Origin: Malacoraja senta
Lineage: Eukaryota
Direction: 5' to 3'
NCBI GenBank assembly: GCA_038087875.1
Contig: CM075989.1
Coordinates: 22,756,001-22,820,000, forward strand
DNA: 64,000 nucleotides
Below, piece after piece: positions 1-11,630 of the stretch. Under the pieces are notes generated by a model. That model did not search any database and had not been told where the DNA came from. It saw only the letters and a program-made list of their open reading frames with translations. The position numbers and the translations under genes are program-made. The first letter of the stretch is position 1. Every line of letters begins with the position of its first letter.

Positions 1-521
1 CTACAAGGAGCCGCCACAGGCACAATGGGCCAAATGGACTCCTTCTGTAGCTTGTGCTCAATGACGATATGATTCTAATGCAGCATTTTGTTTTCTATGG
101 CATACTCAACTTATCACAAAGCCACAACATGTTTAAACCCTGCCTCTCTTCTCTGTAACTCCTGCATGAATAGGATAATATTCAGTAAGGTTCTGTCAAT
201 GTAGCCAATCAATAAAAGGTCTCAGCAGGGTTAGCAGTCAATAAGTCTTTATTCTTACATTAGAAGTGGTCATTTATCTGAGGCAAGGAGGGAATTTCTC
301 TCAGCTCATTTCCAAAGGGTGACGACCTGTAGCCTTTGTAGCCCTGAAGAGAGTGTGCTTTGCCTTTATCGCCGAACGTCAATGACAATCCCTTCAGAAC
401 GTACAGACCCTCAACTACAACCTGAGAGATTTCAAGCTATTGAAGTTATGTTTTTATTCAGCCGTGCAAAAAGGCAAGAAAAAGTAAAAACATACTCTGC
501 CCGAACTGTACAAATACATAA

Positions 522-944
522 AGGGCCCTGTCCCACTTTCACGAGGTAATTCACAAATTCTCCAGAGTTTTCCCCTTGATTCTAACTCGCAGAATGTTCA
601 TAACGAGTCCATAGGAGGTCGTAGGAGTCCGTGGATATATCGTAGCGGCCCGTTATGCCAGCCGTAGGTACTCGTGCAATCAGGTAAGTCGGGACGTTTT
701 TTCCAGCCCGATAAAAAATGTGCACGAGTAAAAAAAATGGTCGGGATGAAAGAAATTGCAACTTTTTACTCGTAAGGAGGGCATCGAAATAGTCGTGGGA
801 ATTCGTAGACATACTCGTAGGAGTTCGTGAACATAGTTGTGGAAGGTCGGAGGAGTTCGTAGATTAGCACGATCTTGATTTTGTTTTAGGTCCTCTAAAC
901 TCGGCAGAGGTTTTGAATTAAGTTGTGAAAGTGGGACAGGCCCT
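522..944. mobile_element. PIF/Harbinger-type MITE
   Basis: TIR AGGGC(C)CTGTCCCACTTTCAC / GTGAAAGTGGGACAGGCCCT; TAA on both sides (519-521, 945-947); non-coding interior. Confidence 0.85.
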
Positions 945-1009
945 TAAGGAACATTCTCCCGACTGCATGATATTTGAAAAGAAAAGTCGACTTTACATTA
1001 GACTTTCCA

Positions 1010-1297
1010 GAGACAACACGGAAGCAGTCCCATCGGCCCACCGAGTCCGCACCGACCAGCGATCACCCCGTACACTAGCACCACCCTGCACACACTTGGG
1101 ACAATTTACAATTTTCACCGAAGCCAATTAACCAACAAACCTGTACGTCTTTGGAGTGTGGGCGGAAACCGGAGATCCCGGAGAAAACACACGTGGTCAC
1201 GGGGAGAACGCACAAACTCCGTAAGGACAGCACCCGTAGTCAGGATCGAACCCGGGTCTCTGGCGCTGTGAGTCAGCAACTCGACCGCTGCGCCACT
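1010..1297 (-). mobile_element. HE1-like tRNA-derived V-SINE
   Basis: Reverse complement of A/B-box head (GTGGCGCAGCGG...GGTTCGATCC), V-domain (GTTCTCCCCGTG...TCCAAAGACGT) and CR1-like tail. Confidence 0.85.
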
Positions 1298-1494
1298 GCA
1301 AAAAGATAAGAAAAAGTAAAAACATACTCTGCCTGGACTGTAGAAAAACACCGGGAGCATAAAATTGGAAAAGGAAAAATCAACGTAAATAATTATAAAA
1401 GGTGGACAAAAATACTGGAGAAACTCAGCGGGCGAGGCAGCATCTATGGAGCGATGGAATAGGGCAATAATAGTTTCAATTATGAATAATTATA

Positions 1495-1757
1495 AACTAT
1501 TGCCTGGATTTGAGGAGAGGTTTGGCAAAGTTGGATTGTTTTCCCTAGATTGCCAGAGGTTGAGGGGAGACCTGGTAGAATTATTCAAAATTACGTGAGG
1601 TATAGATATGGTAGACAGTCAGGGTCTTTTATATATTTAATAGGAAGATGAGGAGCACCGTTTTTTACACAGAGGGCAATGCATATATGAACCAAGCTGC
1701 CAGCAGAAGGGGTTGATGCAGATACAATAACAATATTTACAAGATATTTGGACAGGA
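1495..1757 (+). mobile_element. Degenerate CR1-clade LINE 3' fragment
   Basis: GAGGGGAGACCTGGTAGAA...TTTTTTACACAGAGGG, similar to the CR1 ORF2 C-terminus seen in other copies. Confidence 0.6.
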
Positions 1758-1759
1758 TG

Positions 1760-1905
1760 ATGTGTAGGGAAGAACTACAGATGCTGGTTTAAATCGAAGA
1801 TAGACTCAAAATGCTGGAGTAACTCAGTGGCACAGGCAGCGTCTCTGGAGAGAAAGAATTGGTGACGTTTCAGGTCGATCGAGACCCTTCTTCAGACTGA
1901 GACTC
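1760..1905 (-). mobile_element. Penelope-like terminal repeat fragment with hammerhead-like core
   Basis: Reverse complement of CAGTCTGAAGAAGGGTCTCGA..CCTGAAACGTCACC...CAGCATCTGTAGTTCTTCCCTACAC. Confidence 0.75.
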
Positions 1906-1982
1906 AAGGGCAGGGGCAAAAAGCTGTTACACTTTTCTCCTCAATTTGAGCTGCAGTAGCTGAAGACATCAAAGCAATGGTA

Positions 1983-2270
1983 AGAGTGCTGGAGTAACTC
2001 AGCGGGTCAAGCAGCATCTGTGGAGAACATGGATAGGTGACGTTTCACAGAGTGCTGGAGTAACTCAGCGGGTCAGGCAGCATCTGTGGAGAACATGGAT
2101 AGGTGACGTTTCACAGAGTGCTGGAGTAACTCAGCGGGTCAGGCAGCATCTGTGGAGAACATGGATAGGTGACGTTTCACAGAGTGCTGGAGTAATTCAG
2201 CGGGTCAGGCAGCATCTGTGGAGAACATGGATAGGTGATGTTTCGGGTCGGGACCCTTCTTCAGACTGAT
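1983..2270 (-). repeat. 66-bp tandem array (4 units) derived from the Penelope-like terminal repeat, ending in a hammerhead-like core
   Basis: AGAGTGCTGGAGTAACTCAGCGGGTCAGGCAGCATCTGTGGAGAACATGGATAGGTGACGTTTCAC units start at 1983, 2049, 2115, 2181. Confidence 0.9.
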
Positions 2271-2379
2271 TGCATGGGTGGTGAAAAAATCTGGAAAAGA
2301 GCAAGAAAATATTATGTTAATTATGTTAATGAAAATATTATGTTAATTTTCTTTCTCCCCACCCCTGCCATCAGTAGAG

Positions 2380-2572
2380 TCAAGAGGAGTCCCGACCTGA
2401 AACGTCACCTATCCATGTTCTCCAGAGATGCTGCCTGACCCGCTGAGTTACTCCAGCACTCTGTGAAACGTCACCTATCCATGTTCTCCACAGATGCTGC
2501 CTGACCCACTGAGTACACCAGTATTTTGTGACCTTCCTTGGTAAACCAGCATCTGCGGTTTCTTGTTTCTAC
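2380..2572 (+). mobile_element. Penelope-like terminal repeat with a duplicated 66-bp unit
   Basis: GAAACGTCACC at 2399 and 2465; inverted relative to 1983-2270. Confidence 0.75.
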
Positions 2573-2919
2573 ATCAGTTCTGTGTAAGTTTGCCAAACCT
2601 CTCCTTTTACACCGGTTCTGTGTAAGATTCAGAGATTCTGGACTATCCTTGTCTGCATCTGTTCTTTCAGTCTGATCTTGGCTTAAGATACATTCACACT
2701 TGAGGTTTAGCTTTTCTTTCAGCTTCTCACAAACATTAATTAGAGAGGATAAGTCAGATAGCAAGGCATCACCTCATACAAAAAACAGCATGGAATTAGT
2801 TTCTTTCTCTCCGGCTCCTACACTCATTTACTCCACTTAATTCCAGATTCAAACCATACTTACACTATCAGAACTGTCGCTGATGAACAGCAAACCTGCT
2901 TTGCCCTACTGCTGTAGGA

Positions 2920-3515
2920 TGTGTGTGTGCATGTCTGTGTGAGCATACGTGTGTGTGTGTGTATGTGTGTGTGTGTGCATGTGGGTGTGTGTGCGTGTGT
3001 GTGTGTTCGTGAGTGTGAGAGAGTGTGTGTGGGTGTGTGCACATGCGTGTGTTTGTATATGTGTGTATGTGGGTGTGTGTTCGTGAGTGTGAGAGAGTGT
3101 GTGGGTGCGTGTGGGTGTGTGCGCATGGGTGTGTTTGTATGTGTGTGTGTGCGCGTGTGTGTGTGTGTTTGTATGTGTGTGTCCACGCGTGTGAGAGAGT
3201 GTGTGTATGTGTGCGCGTGCGTGTGTGTGTTTGTATGTGTGTGTGCGCAGGTGTATGTGTGTGTATGTGTGTGCGTGAGCGCTTATGTGTCTGCCTGCCT
3301 CTGTATGTGTATGTGTGTGTGTTCGTGAGTGTGAGAGAGTGTGTGTGGGTGTGCACATGCGTGTGTTTGTGTGCATGTGTGTTTGTATGTGTGTGTCCAC
3401 GTGTGTGAGAGAGTGTGTGTATGTGTGCGCGTGTGTTTGTCTGCGTGTGTGCGCACATATGTGTGTGTATGTGTGTGCGTGAGCGCTTATGTGTCTGCCT
3501 GCCTCTGTATGTGTG
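2920..3515. repeat. Degenerate (GT)n microsatellite with internal block duplication
   Basis: GT-rich tract; GTGAGCGCTTATGTGTCTGCCTGCCTCTGTATGTG occurs at ~3276 and ~3479. Confidence 0.95.
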
Positions 3516-3899
3516 ATATTTTCTGTATATCTGTCCATGTATCATTTACTGGCCTTTTATAGCATTCTCTTGCTTAGCTCGAAGTGTTCCTCTTCTCATG
3601 CCCATCGGTCCATTGCACTCTGTTTGAAATGTTTAGTTCCGTTTAGTTTGTTATTGTCATGTACATGGAGATACAGTGAAGGACTTGCTCCACCCGTCAA
3701 ATCATACTTTACAGAACAATTGTGCACAAGCCAAAGAGACTATTGAATCACAATGATTTACACCATTAAATGCGTGCAACTATGTCTGTGACTGAACCCT
3801 ACTCTCCTGCGCTGGTGTCTTTTTAAGAAGTGGTTATTTTTGAGTTATTTCGAGCACCACAACTGACAAAATGCCTGATGAAAGAAGAATGCCACCTTA

Positions 3900-4075
3900 C
3901 CCAATCAAATAATTCACCTGGAAACTTGTACGTCTTTGTGCAGGAGGGTGGAAGGAAACCGGAGAAAACCCACGTGGTCACAGGGAGAACGTACAAACTC
4001 CGTACCGACAGCACCCGTCAAACCTGGCTCTCTGTTGCCGTAAGGCAGCAACTCTACCGCTGCGCCACCGTGCCA
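3900..4075 (-). mobile_element. HE1-like SINE (partial)
   Basis: Head and V-domain on minus strand. Confidence 0.75.
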
Positions 4076-4771
4076 TCCTATTAGTATAAGTTGCATGTCA
4101 GGAGAAGGAAAAAATTGACCCGTGGAACTCAGAGTGTAAAAGCAGTGGACAACATGCGAGTACCAATTATCCAGTTGGTGTTCTGCTGAACTGATAAAGA
4201 CTTGCCAAAAAACACAGAGATATGTTCAATGCATCAGAACATCTACATTGCCTTCACCTTACAAGTCTCACCTCAAACTTCCTGATCTCCTCTCATGTAC
4301 ATTAACTAACATCATAGACCTTTCCACTGAGGCAGACTTTGCAAGTCATCCCTGAGAAGATCTTGATCCATGCCTGGGTCTTGTCCAGAATGGAAGGCAT
4401 AATTGAGATGATTCTGGCCATTTTATCTTATAGAGGTATACAAAATCATGAGAGGAGTAGATCGGGTAGACGCACAGAATCTCTTGCCCAGAGTAGGGGG
4501 AATCAAGAACCAGAGGACATGGGTTTAAGGTGAGGGGGGAAGGACTTAGTAGGTCTCCATGCTCTATGAGCCTATGACACAAGTCATCCTTTGTTAGTTT
4601 ACAAAATCTCAATTTTATTCCACTTTTTGACAACATTGTGAACACATTTTCCCACCAGTGATTGTAAAGTTCTGTATCAGCCATAAAGTCCTTTGGATCA
4701 CTCCAGGGTTATGAAAGACTTTATTTATCAGTGTCACAGGTAAAGAGCTGTCAAATATCATGTGTAGTGTA

Positions 4772-5118
4772 CAGAATCATGAGAGGAAAAGATCGGGTAG
4801 ACACAGAGTCTCTTGCCCAGAGTAGGGGCATCAAGAACCAGAGGACATAGGTTTAAGATGAGGGGCGAAAGGTTTAATAGGAATCTGAGGGGTAACTTTT
4901 TCACACAAAGGGTGGTGGGTGTATGGAACAAGCTGCCGGAGGAGGTAGTTGAGGCAAGTACTATTGCGTTTAAGAAACGTTTTAGACTGGAACATGGACA
5001 AGACAGGTTTAGAGGGATATGGGCCAAACGCAGGTCGGTGGGACGAGTGTAGATGGGACATGTTGGCCGTTGTGGGCAAGTTGGGTCGAAGGACCTTTTC
5101 CACGCTGTATGACTCTAT
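4772..5118 (+). mobile_element. CR1-clade LINE 3' end (SINE-partner tail type)
   Basis: Translates as ...SRTRGHRFKMRGERFNRNLRGNFFTQRVVGVWNKLPEEVVEA; tail GGGCAAGTTGGGTCGAAGG...CTATGACTCT; further pieces at 4430-4550 and 5185-5260. Confidence 0.85.
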
Positions 5119-6064
5119 CTGTGAGGAACGGAAAGGAACTGTCAACGTGTCGGGTCAAACCCCTGCACCAGGACCGATGACAATTTGTTGGGACATGTTG
5201 GCTGGTGCGGGCAAGTTGGGCCAAAGGAGTTGTTTCTACCATGTATGGCTCTATGACTCTATAACATTTTCCACCAGTGACTGTAAAGTTCTTTATCGGG
5301 CCCAAGATCCCTTGGATCACTCTCGGGTTATGAAAGTCTGCACAGAAATGCAAGCCTTTACTTATCTAGTCACATGTAAAGAGCAGTCACAGGCGGGTGT
5401 GAAGATGGGTCTCGACCCGAAACGTCACCTATTCCTTTTCTCCAGAGATAACTTCTGCCCCGCTGAGTTCCTCCAGCTTTTCTGTGTCTATCACAGGAGG
5501 AAGTCCGACAAGAGCTAAGGAACAGGGTCCCAGTCTGAATGACCACCTTGAGGAGATTGAGCAAGTGAGGTATTAATGGCCGAGTCCACAATTATGAATT
5601 TTGAATGCAATTTTTTATTTCCTCTGGTTTAATTAGGAAATACAACAAGCAAACTGATTGTCTGAAGGAGCTGTACACGTCTGCAAGCAACACAGAGAAA
5701 CTAATGAAGATCTGAGGCATAATTGATGTGAAGAACGTGGATTGGAACCAATTATTGTTCAATGGCCTATAATGAGCAGGTGGTACATCGGACCGTCTCA
5801 GTACGTAATCCTGCTGTGCAGAAGGTTATTTCTTCGCTGAATGCTAAAGATTTAATTCGTCAGATATACAGGCTTTTAATTACAGTATATTAGAACATTA
5901 ACATGCAAAGCTACCAAAGGAAATATTAAAAGATCCACACTTTCACTCCCTGTTAGCTATATTTCAATAATCTATGATAGCAATATGCTCTTGTTACCCA
6001 AGTTACAATTGTAATGAAGATTGGGGATAGTAGACACATTATCAGGCTGAGACATGCACTTAAA

Positions 6065-6322
6065 TAGAGTCATAGAGTGGATACAGTTGGCCCATCGGCC
6101 CAACTTGCCCACACCAGCCAACATGTCCCATCTACACTTGTTCCACTTGCCTTCATATGGCCCATATCCCTCCAAACTTGTCCTATCCATGTACCTGTCT
6201 AAATGTTTCTTAAACGTTGCGATAGTCCCTGCCTCAACTACCTCCTCCGGCAGCTCGTTCCGTACACCCCCACCACCCTTTGCGTGGAAAAAGTTACCCC
6301 TCAGATTCCTATTAAACAGATT
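6065..6322 (-). mobile_element. CR1-clade LINE 3' end
   Basis: FNRNLRGNFF...NELPEEVVEAGTIATFKKHLDRYMDR on minus strand. Confidence 0.85.
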
Positions 6323-6380
6323 TCCCAAAAATGCTGGAGGCTTTATTGAGAATTGTTGAGCAGGGCAGGAGTGATCCTAA

Positions 6381-6717
6381 TGGGCCTGTCCCACTTACGC
6401 GACTTTTTCAGCGACTGCTGGCACCCGTCATAGGTCGCTGCAGGTCGCCGAAAATGTCCAACATGTTGAAAATCCAGCGGTGACCAGAACAAGGTACGAC
6501 TCTTTGGGCGACTACTTACAGGCTTCACCCCGTGACATGGTCGCCAGGGTATCGCCTGTATGGTCGTGAGTCGTCTCCTCAGTCGCCCAAAGAGTCGTAG
6601 CATCTTTCTGGTCGACGCTGGATTTTCAACATGTTGAACATTTTCGGCGACCTGCATGACGGCGCTATGACGGGTGCCGGTAGTCGCCGAAAAAGTTGTG
6701 TAAGTGGGACAGGCCCA
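6381..6717. mobile_element. PIF/Harbinger-type MITE
   Basis: TIR TGGGCCTGTCCCACTTAC / GTAAGTGGGACAGGCCCA; TAA TSD at 6378-6380 and 6718-6720; long subterminal inverted repeats. Confidence 0.9.
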
Positions 6718-6852
6718 TAAGTTGTGCAATCCCATTCCTGCCTCTGGGCTGGCGATGGAAGCTTGTATTCTCAACAGTTTCAAGATGCAGAGAGTGAAGG
6801 GTGAGAATCAGAGGAGTATTCTCGTTCAATCAAGTGTTAGTCTCTTCTCACA

Positions 6853-7035
6853 CTGTAGGTAGACAAAAATGCTGGAGAAACTCAGCGGGTGAGGCAGCAT
6901 CTATGTGATGTTTCATGTCGAGACCTGAAACGTCACCTATTCCTTCGCTCCATAGATGCTGCCTCACCCACTGAGTTTCTCCAGCATTTTTGTCTACCTT
7001 CGATTTTTCCAGCATCTGCAGTTCTTTCTTAAACA
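6853..7035. mobile_element. Palindromic Penelope-like mini-insertion
   Basis: Inverted pair of terminal-repeat fragments flanked by duplicated CTTCTCACA (6844-6852, 7036-7044). Confidence 0.8.
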
Positions 7036-7099
7036 CTTCTCACATCCTAGGTCTCTTATCATCTCCAATCAGTCTTGGCAGAATGCTGTCAGCCATGTT

Positions 7100-7415
7100 T
7101 AGTTTAGTTTCGTTTCTAGCTTAGAGATACAGCACGCAAACAGGCCCTTCGACCCACCGAGTCCGCACCGACCAGCAATCCCCGCATACTTTCACAATCC
7201 AGCACACTGGGGGAAATTTACAATTACCCCAAGCCAATTAACCTACAAACCTGTACATGTTTGGAGTGTGGGATAGAACCTGAGATCCCGGTGAAAACCC
7301 ACACAAGTCACAGGAACAACGTACAAAATCAGTACAGGCAGCACCCGTAGTCAGGATCGAACCTGGGTCTCTGGCGCTGTAAGGCAGCAACTCTACTGCT
7401 GTGCCACCGTGCCGC
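7100..7415 (-). mobile_element. HE1-like SINE, near full length
   Basis: (GTTTA)n tail, V-domain and tRNA-like head on minus strand. Confidence 0.9.
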
Positions 7416-8462
7416 TCCGAATAATGTCGCCCTTTGCCCTTGTGAATGGCAAACATGGGATGATTATCGACGGATTCTTGCTCCTGCCCAAAGCGAGTCA
7501 AATGGCCCGTATTGTAAGCTCTATTATGCTTATATTGGTAGGAAAATTACAAAGTTATCATTTGGCGATTTTTTAATAACACGTTCCTTGTGTACTGTAA
7601 TACAGCAATTCGGTGTTATTCGAATAAATCTCTCTCGCAGTATAGCTCACCATTTGCAGCATGAGCTGGCTTAGTTGCATTGCTTGCAGCTGAGGCCAGA
7701 TCACTGGAGAAAAAATGCTTAGCAAGTTTTAAGTTTGCAGAATTAATGAATATCTACAAAAGACCACAGCAGCGTGTTTTCGCATTTAGCTTCCATTCTC
7801 CTCTCATTTGCCCTTCTTGTTTGTAACTGAAAGAGTTTTAACGCAGAAAGCCCTCAGATGTGTTGTATACAAGCGTTCTGATTGGTGGTATTATACTGGG
7901 GGAAAGAATGGAGGGTTTTGTTCGAATCTTTGGCATCCTTGTGTAAAGGAGTAGTCCTTTCATTCCCCCTTCTCCACTGCACTCAATAGTGCCAGCATTA
8001 ACCGCAGCAACTGCTGGCTGAGAAACACTTTGATGTGGGCCCCACTCACTGTCACAGATGGGCCCCCATTGCTGGGTGATGGTCGGATAAATAAGGGCAT
8101 GTGTGTGGGAGAATATGGGATGAAAGCAGGGTCCAGCCACGACCTGAACAGAACTCAGCCTGTTCATTCTTCCAACCCCAGCTTCTGATTTGGGAGTGTG
8201 CGGCACATTTGTAATCTGTTAGATCTTTACACTGACCATGAAGAAACCTTTCCCCACAATAAAAAAAATAGCCTTTTGTTCCTTTTATCTTTTACAATTC
8301 TCGAAACAAGGACACAGCAACACGTCCCTGTTTTCATTTTCCATTTTCGTTGTAAATGTACCCCAAAAAAAAGGATTAATCCAAGAGACATCTACTAGCC
8401 ATGGTCATAGATGTGGGTCAAACACTTGCACTTTTCACACCTCATTAATTTGGTCATATTAA

Positions 8463-8690
8463 AGGGCCTGTCCCACTAGGTGATTTTTTTCGGCGACTGC
8501 CGGCATCATTGACTGACGTATCAGGTCACCGAAAAATTAGCGGCGTGATGACGTATGAGGCGCGGCGTTTTTTTCAAGTGCCGCAACATTTTTTTTTGTC
8601 GCCGTGGATTTTGAAATGTTCAAAATCTTTGGCGACACTGATATATGACGGCGGCAGTCGCCGAAAAAATCGCCAAGTGGGACAGGTCCT
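8463..8690. mobile_element. PIF/Harbinger-type MITE
   Basis: TIR AGGGCCTGTCCCACT / AGTGGGACAGGTCCT; TAA left, TGA right. Confidence 0.85.
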
Positions 8691-9109
8691 TGACATGTTT
8701 TGTTAACATTCTGATTTAAATTCAGAAACAGCGGCATGAAGTGATTCCATATAAACTGTGTACCATTAACAGACTCTGATTAAAGAAGCTTTCTCTCTTT
8801 GGCAATTAAAGCCTTAACAGGTTAATTATACACACGGAGCAATTACAGTTGTCCACGTTGGGATTAGTGTGAATTTTTGATGTGCAAAACCGCAGCCAGT
8901 TATTAAGAGAAAACAAAAGTTAGGCTGCCCATAATTTGTGATTCACACAGGATGACTGTTAGACCATTGCATTCATATGTTGTTATTTCAGTCCAATTCA
9001 GTCCACTTCTATTGATCACCCATTAGGGTCCTTGCCTTCCAATAATATGATTCATTCAGTGCATAAAGGATGGCTGAGGAGATGGTGCTTCCTGGCAATG
9101 GTACATTAA

Positions 9110-9327
9110 AGGGCCTGTCCCACTTGGGCCTTATTTGCACGTCATTTACACAACATCATTTACATGGCGTGCATTACGCGTGCATGGCGCGCACATGATG
9201 CATGGTGAGGCGTGGTGGCGTAGGCAGTGATGCGCGGTAGCGCGCGGCACCCCAGGATTTGGGGATTCTCAAAACCTCGCGCGCCATCTGCGTGACGCTT
9301 AAATGAAGCCCAAGTAGGACAGGCCCT
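9110..9327. mobile_element. PIF/Harbinger-type MITE
   Basis: TIR AGGGCCTGTCCCACTTGGGC / GCCCAAGTAGGACAGGCCCT; TAA TSD on both sides. Confidence 0.9.
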
Positions 9328-9774
9328 TAAGAACTCACATTATATAATTTCATGAATACCACATAGGCTCGTCTAGTGAAAAAGTAGAGTAGGACATTAC
9401 ACAAATGCCTGTCACCAAAGCTAGTACTCATCCAAAGTATGATTGAAAACAGATAATATGTCAAAAATGAAATTGTCTCAGTATTTCCATAATCTGTGAA
9501 GCTATATCCATCAACTCCATTCCTTGTTGAATCTGTCTCTACACGCTTTTGCTCTCATTTGCAATTCTTACCAAGCTCATCCAGTATGTTCTCTGGCTGT
9601 TTCTATCACATGGGGTCACATTTCTGTTCAGGGATACAGTGGTGGAAGGAACTGCAGATGCTGCCGATGATACAGATGGGGCACAAAGTGCTGGGGTAAC
9701 TCAGCAGGTCAGTCGGCATCTCTGGAGAAAAGGAATAGGTGACGTTTCGGGTCAGATCCCTTCTCCAGTCTGGA

Positions 9775-10255
9775 GAGTCATGTGGTGTGGAAACAGGCCC
9801 TTCAGCCTAACTTGCCCGCGCCAACCAACATGCCCCATCTACTCTAGTCCCGCCTGCCTGCATTTGGCCCATATCCCTCTAAACCTGTCCTATCTAGGTA
9901 CCTGTCCAAATGTTTTTTAAATGTTGTGATAGTACCTCACTCAACTACCCCCTCTGGCAGCTCGTTCCATACACCCACCACCCTCTGTGAGAAAAAGTTG
10001 CCCCTCAGGTTCCAATTAAATCTTTCCCCACTCACCTTGGGTTCTTGATACCCATCGAGTCTACTCCACCATTCAATCATGGCTGATCTATCTCTCCCTC
10101 CTAACCCCATTCTCCTGCCTTCTCCCCATAACCTCTGACACCTACCCGTACTAATCAAAAATCTATCTATCTCTGCCTTAAAAAGATCCACTGACTTACC
10201 CTCTACAGCCTTGTGTGGCAATTAATTCCACAGATTCACCACCCTCTGACTAAAG
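9775..10255 (-). mobile_element. Two adjacent CR1-clade 3' fragments of different tail subfamilies
   Basis: GERFNWNLRGNFFSQRVVGVWNELPE (9775-10040) and PHKAVEGKSVDLFKAEIDRFL (10050-10255). Confidence 0.8.
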
Positions 10256-10323
10256 TCCATCTTTGGTGCAGGTTTTATCAAGCATTCCTCAAGGCAAACC
10301 AGATGAAGGCTGCCTTGTAAACA

Positions 10324-10858
10324 GGGGATCTTATAGAAACATATAAAATTCTTAACCTTTAAGAAGGAACGTTTAAGAAGCTGGAAAATCAAAGGTACAC
10401 AAAAATGCTGGAGAAACTCAGCAGGTGAGGCAACATCTATGGAGAGAAGGAAATAGGCAATGTTTCGGGTCGAAACCCTTCTTCAAATTCTTAAGGGATT
10501 GGACAGGCTAGATGCAGGAAAATGTTCCTGATGTTGGGGGAGTCCAGAACCAGGGTTCACAGTTTAAGAATAAGGGGTAGGCCATTTAGGACTGGGATGA
10601 GGAAAAACCTTTTCACCCAGAGAGTTGTGAATCTGTGGAATTCTCTGCCACAGAAGGCAGTGGATGCCAATTCACTGGATGTTTTCAAGAGAGAATTAGA
10701 TATAGCTTAGGGTTGACGGAATCAAGGGATATGGGGAGAAGGCAGGAACGGGGTACTGATTGGGGATGATCAGCCATGATCATATTGAATGGCGGTGCTG
10801 GCTCGAAGGGCCGAATGGTCTACTCCTGCACCTATTTCCTATGTTTCTATGTTTCTAT
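10324..10858 (+). mobile_element. CR1 LINE 3' fragment interrupted by a Penelope-like mini-insertion
   Basis: GDLIETYKILK...ESRTRVHSLRIRGRPFRT...; insertion 10356-10484 flanked by duplicated AAATTCTTAA; (TTTCTATG)n tail. Confidence 0.85.
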
Positions 10859-11630
10859 TTCATAATGCCTCTGCCTTGGTTTGAATGTTATTTTCACGGT
10901 AGACATTTATGCTGACCTGTGCAAGAACCAGTTGTGACAAAGTGCCCCTTGTAAATTAGGGGGCAAAGTTCAGGTGCCAAAGGTCAGGGGTGAGGCAGCT
11001 ATATAAGGACAGCGGCCCTTGTTGACTGCTTCAAATGACCTTCCCTGAGTTTGTGTGAGCGCTGCTTTTGTTTCTATTAGTAGTGGTATGGATCGAGCAT
11101 GGTCGGAGACCAGAGGGGTCAGGGGTATGAGTGTTGGGAAGCCAAGGAGGATCTATAACTGCTTGCAGGCCTGACCGTGTGACAATTTCTTTGACACATT
11201 TTCGAGCTAAACATTTCACATGAAGTACCCAGACCCCCAGGGAAAGGAATCACAGCGACTGGGAAATACATTACTTGTTTTAGCAAATCAATGATGAACT
11301 CAATCTCCACACGGCATATCATCCATACTGGACACTCCCTTTACCAGTTACATATATATCAATGCACACAAACAATATACATCTGGAGAAAATCACCCAG
11401 CTGATACTCGAACCATAAGAATTATCACTTTGGTACAGTCTCCCTAATTACAGACAGGCAAACAGATATAGACCCATATTGGCAGGTTGATCATTTCACC
11501 ACTTTTTCACATTAACTGACACTAACCATAAGCATTGAGCTCTACAGTAAATAACTTCACCTTTTAGTTTAGTTGAGAGATACAGCGTGGAAGTAGGCCT
11601 GTTCTCTCACAATTCCTCATCTCCCGTCAT

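Noticed and set aside
1983..2270. CRISPR-like array
   Set aside because: The units are contiguous 66-bp repeats with no unique spacers, there are no cas genes, and the context is eukaryotic.
2860..3562. Long His/Thr- and Cys/Val-rich ORFs
   Set aside because: These are translations of a (GT)n microsatellite.
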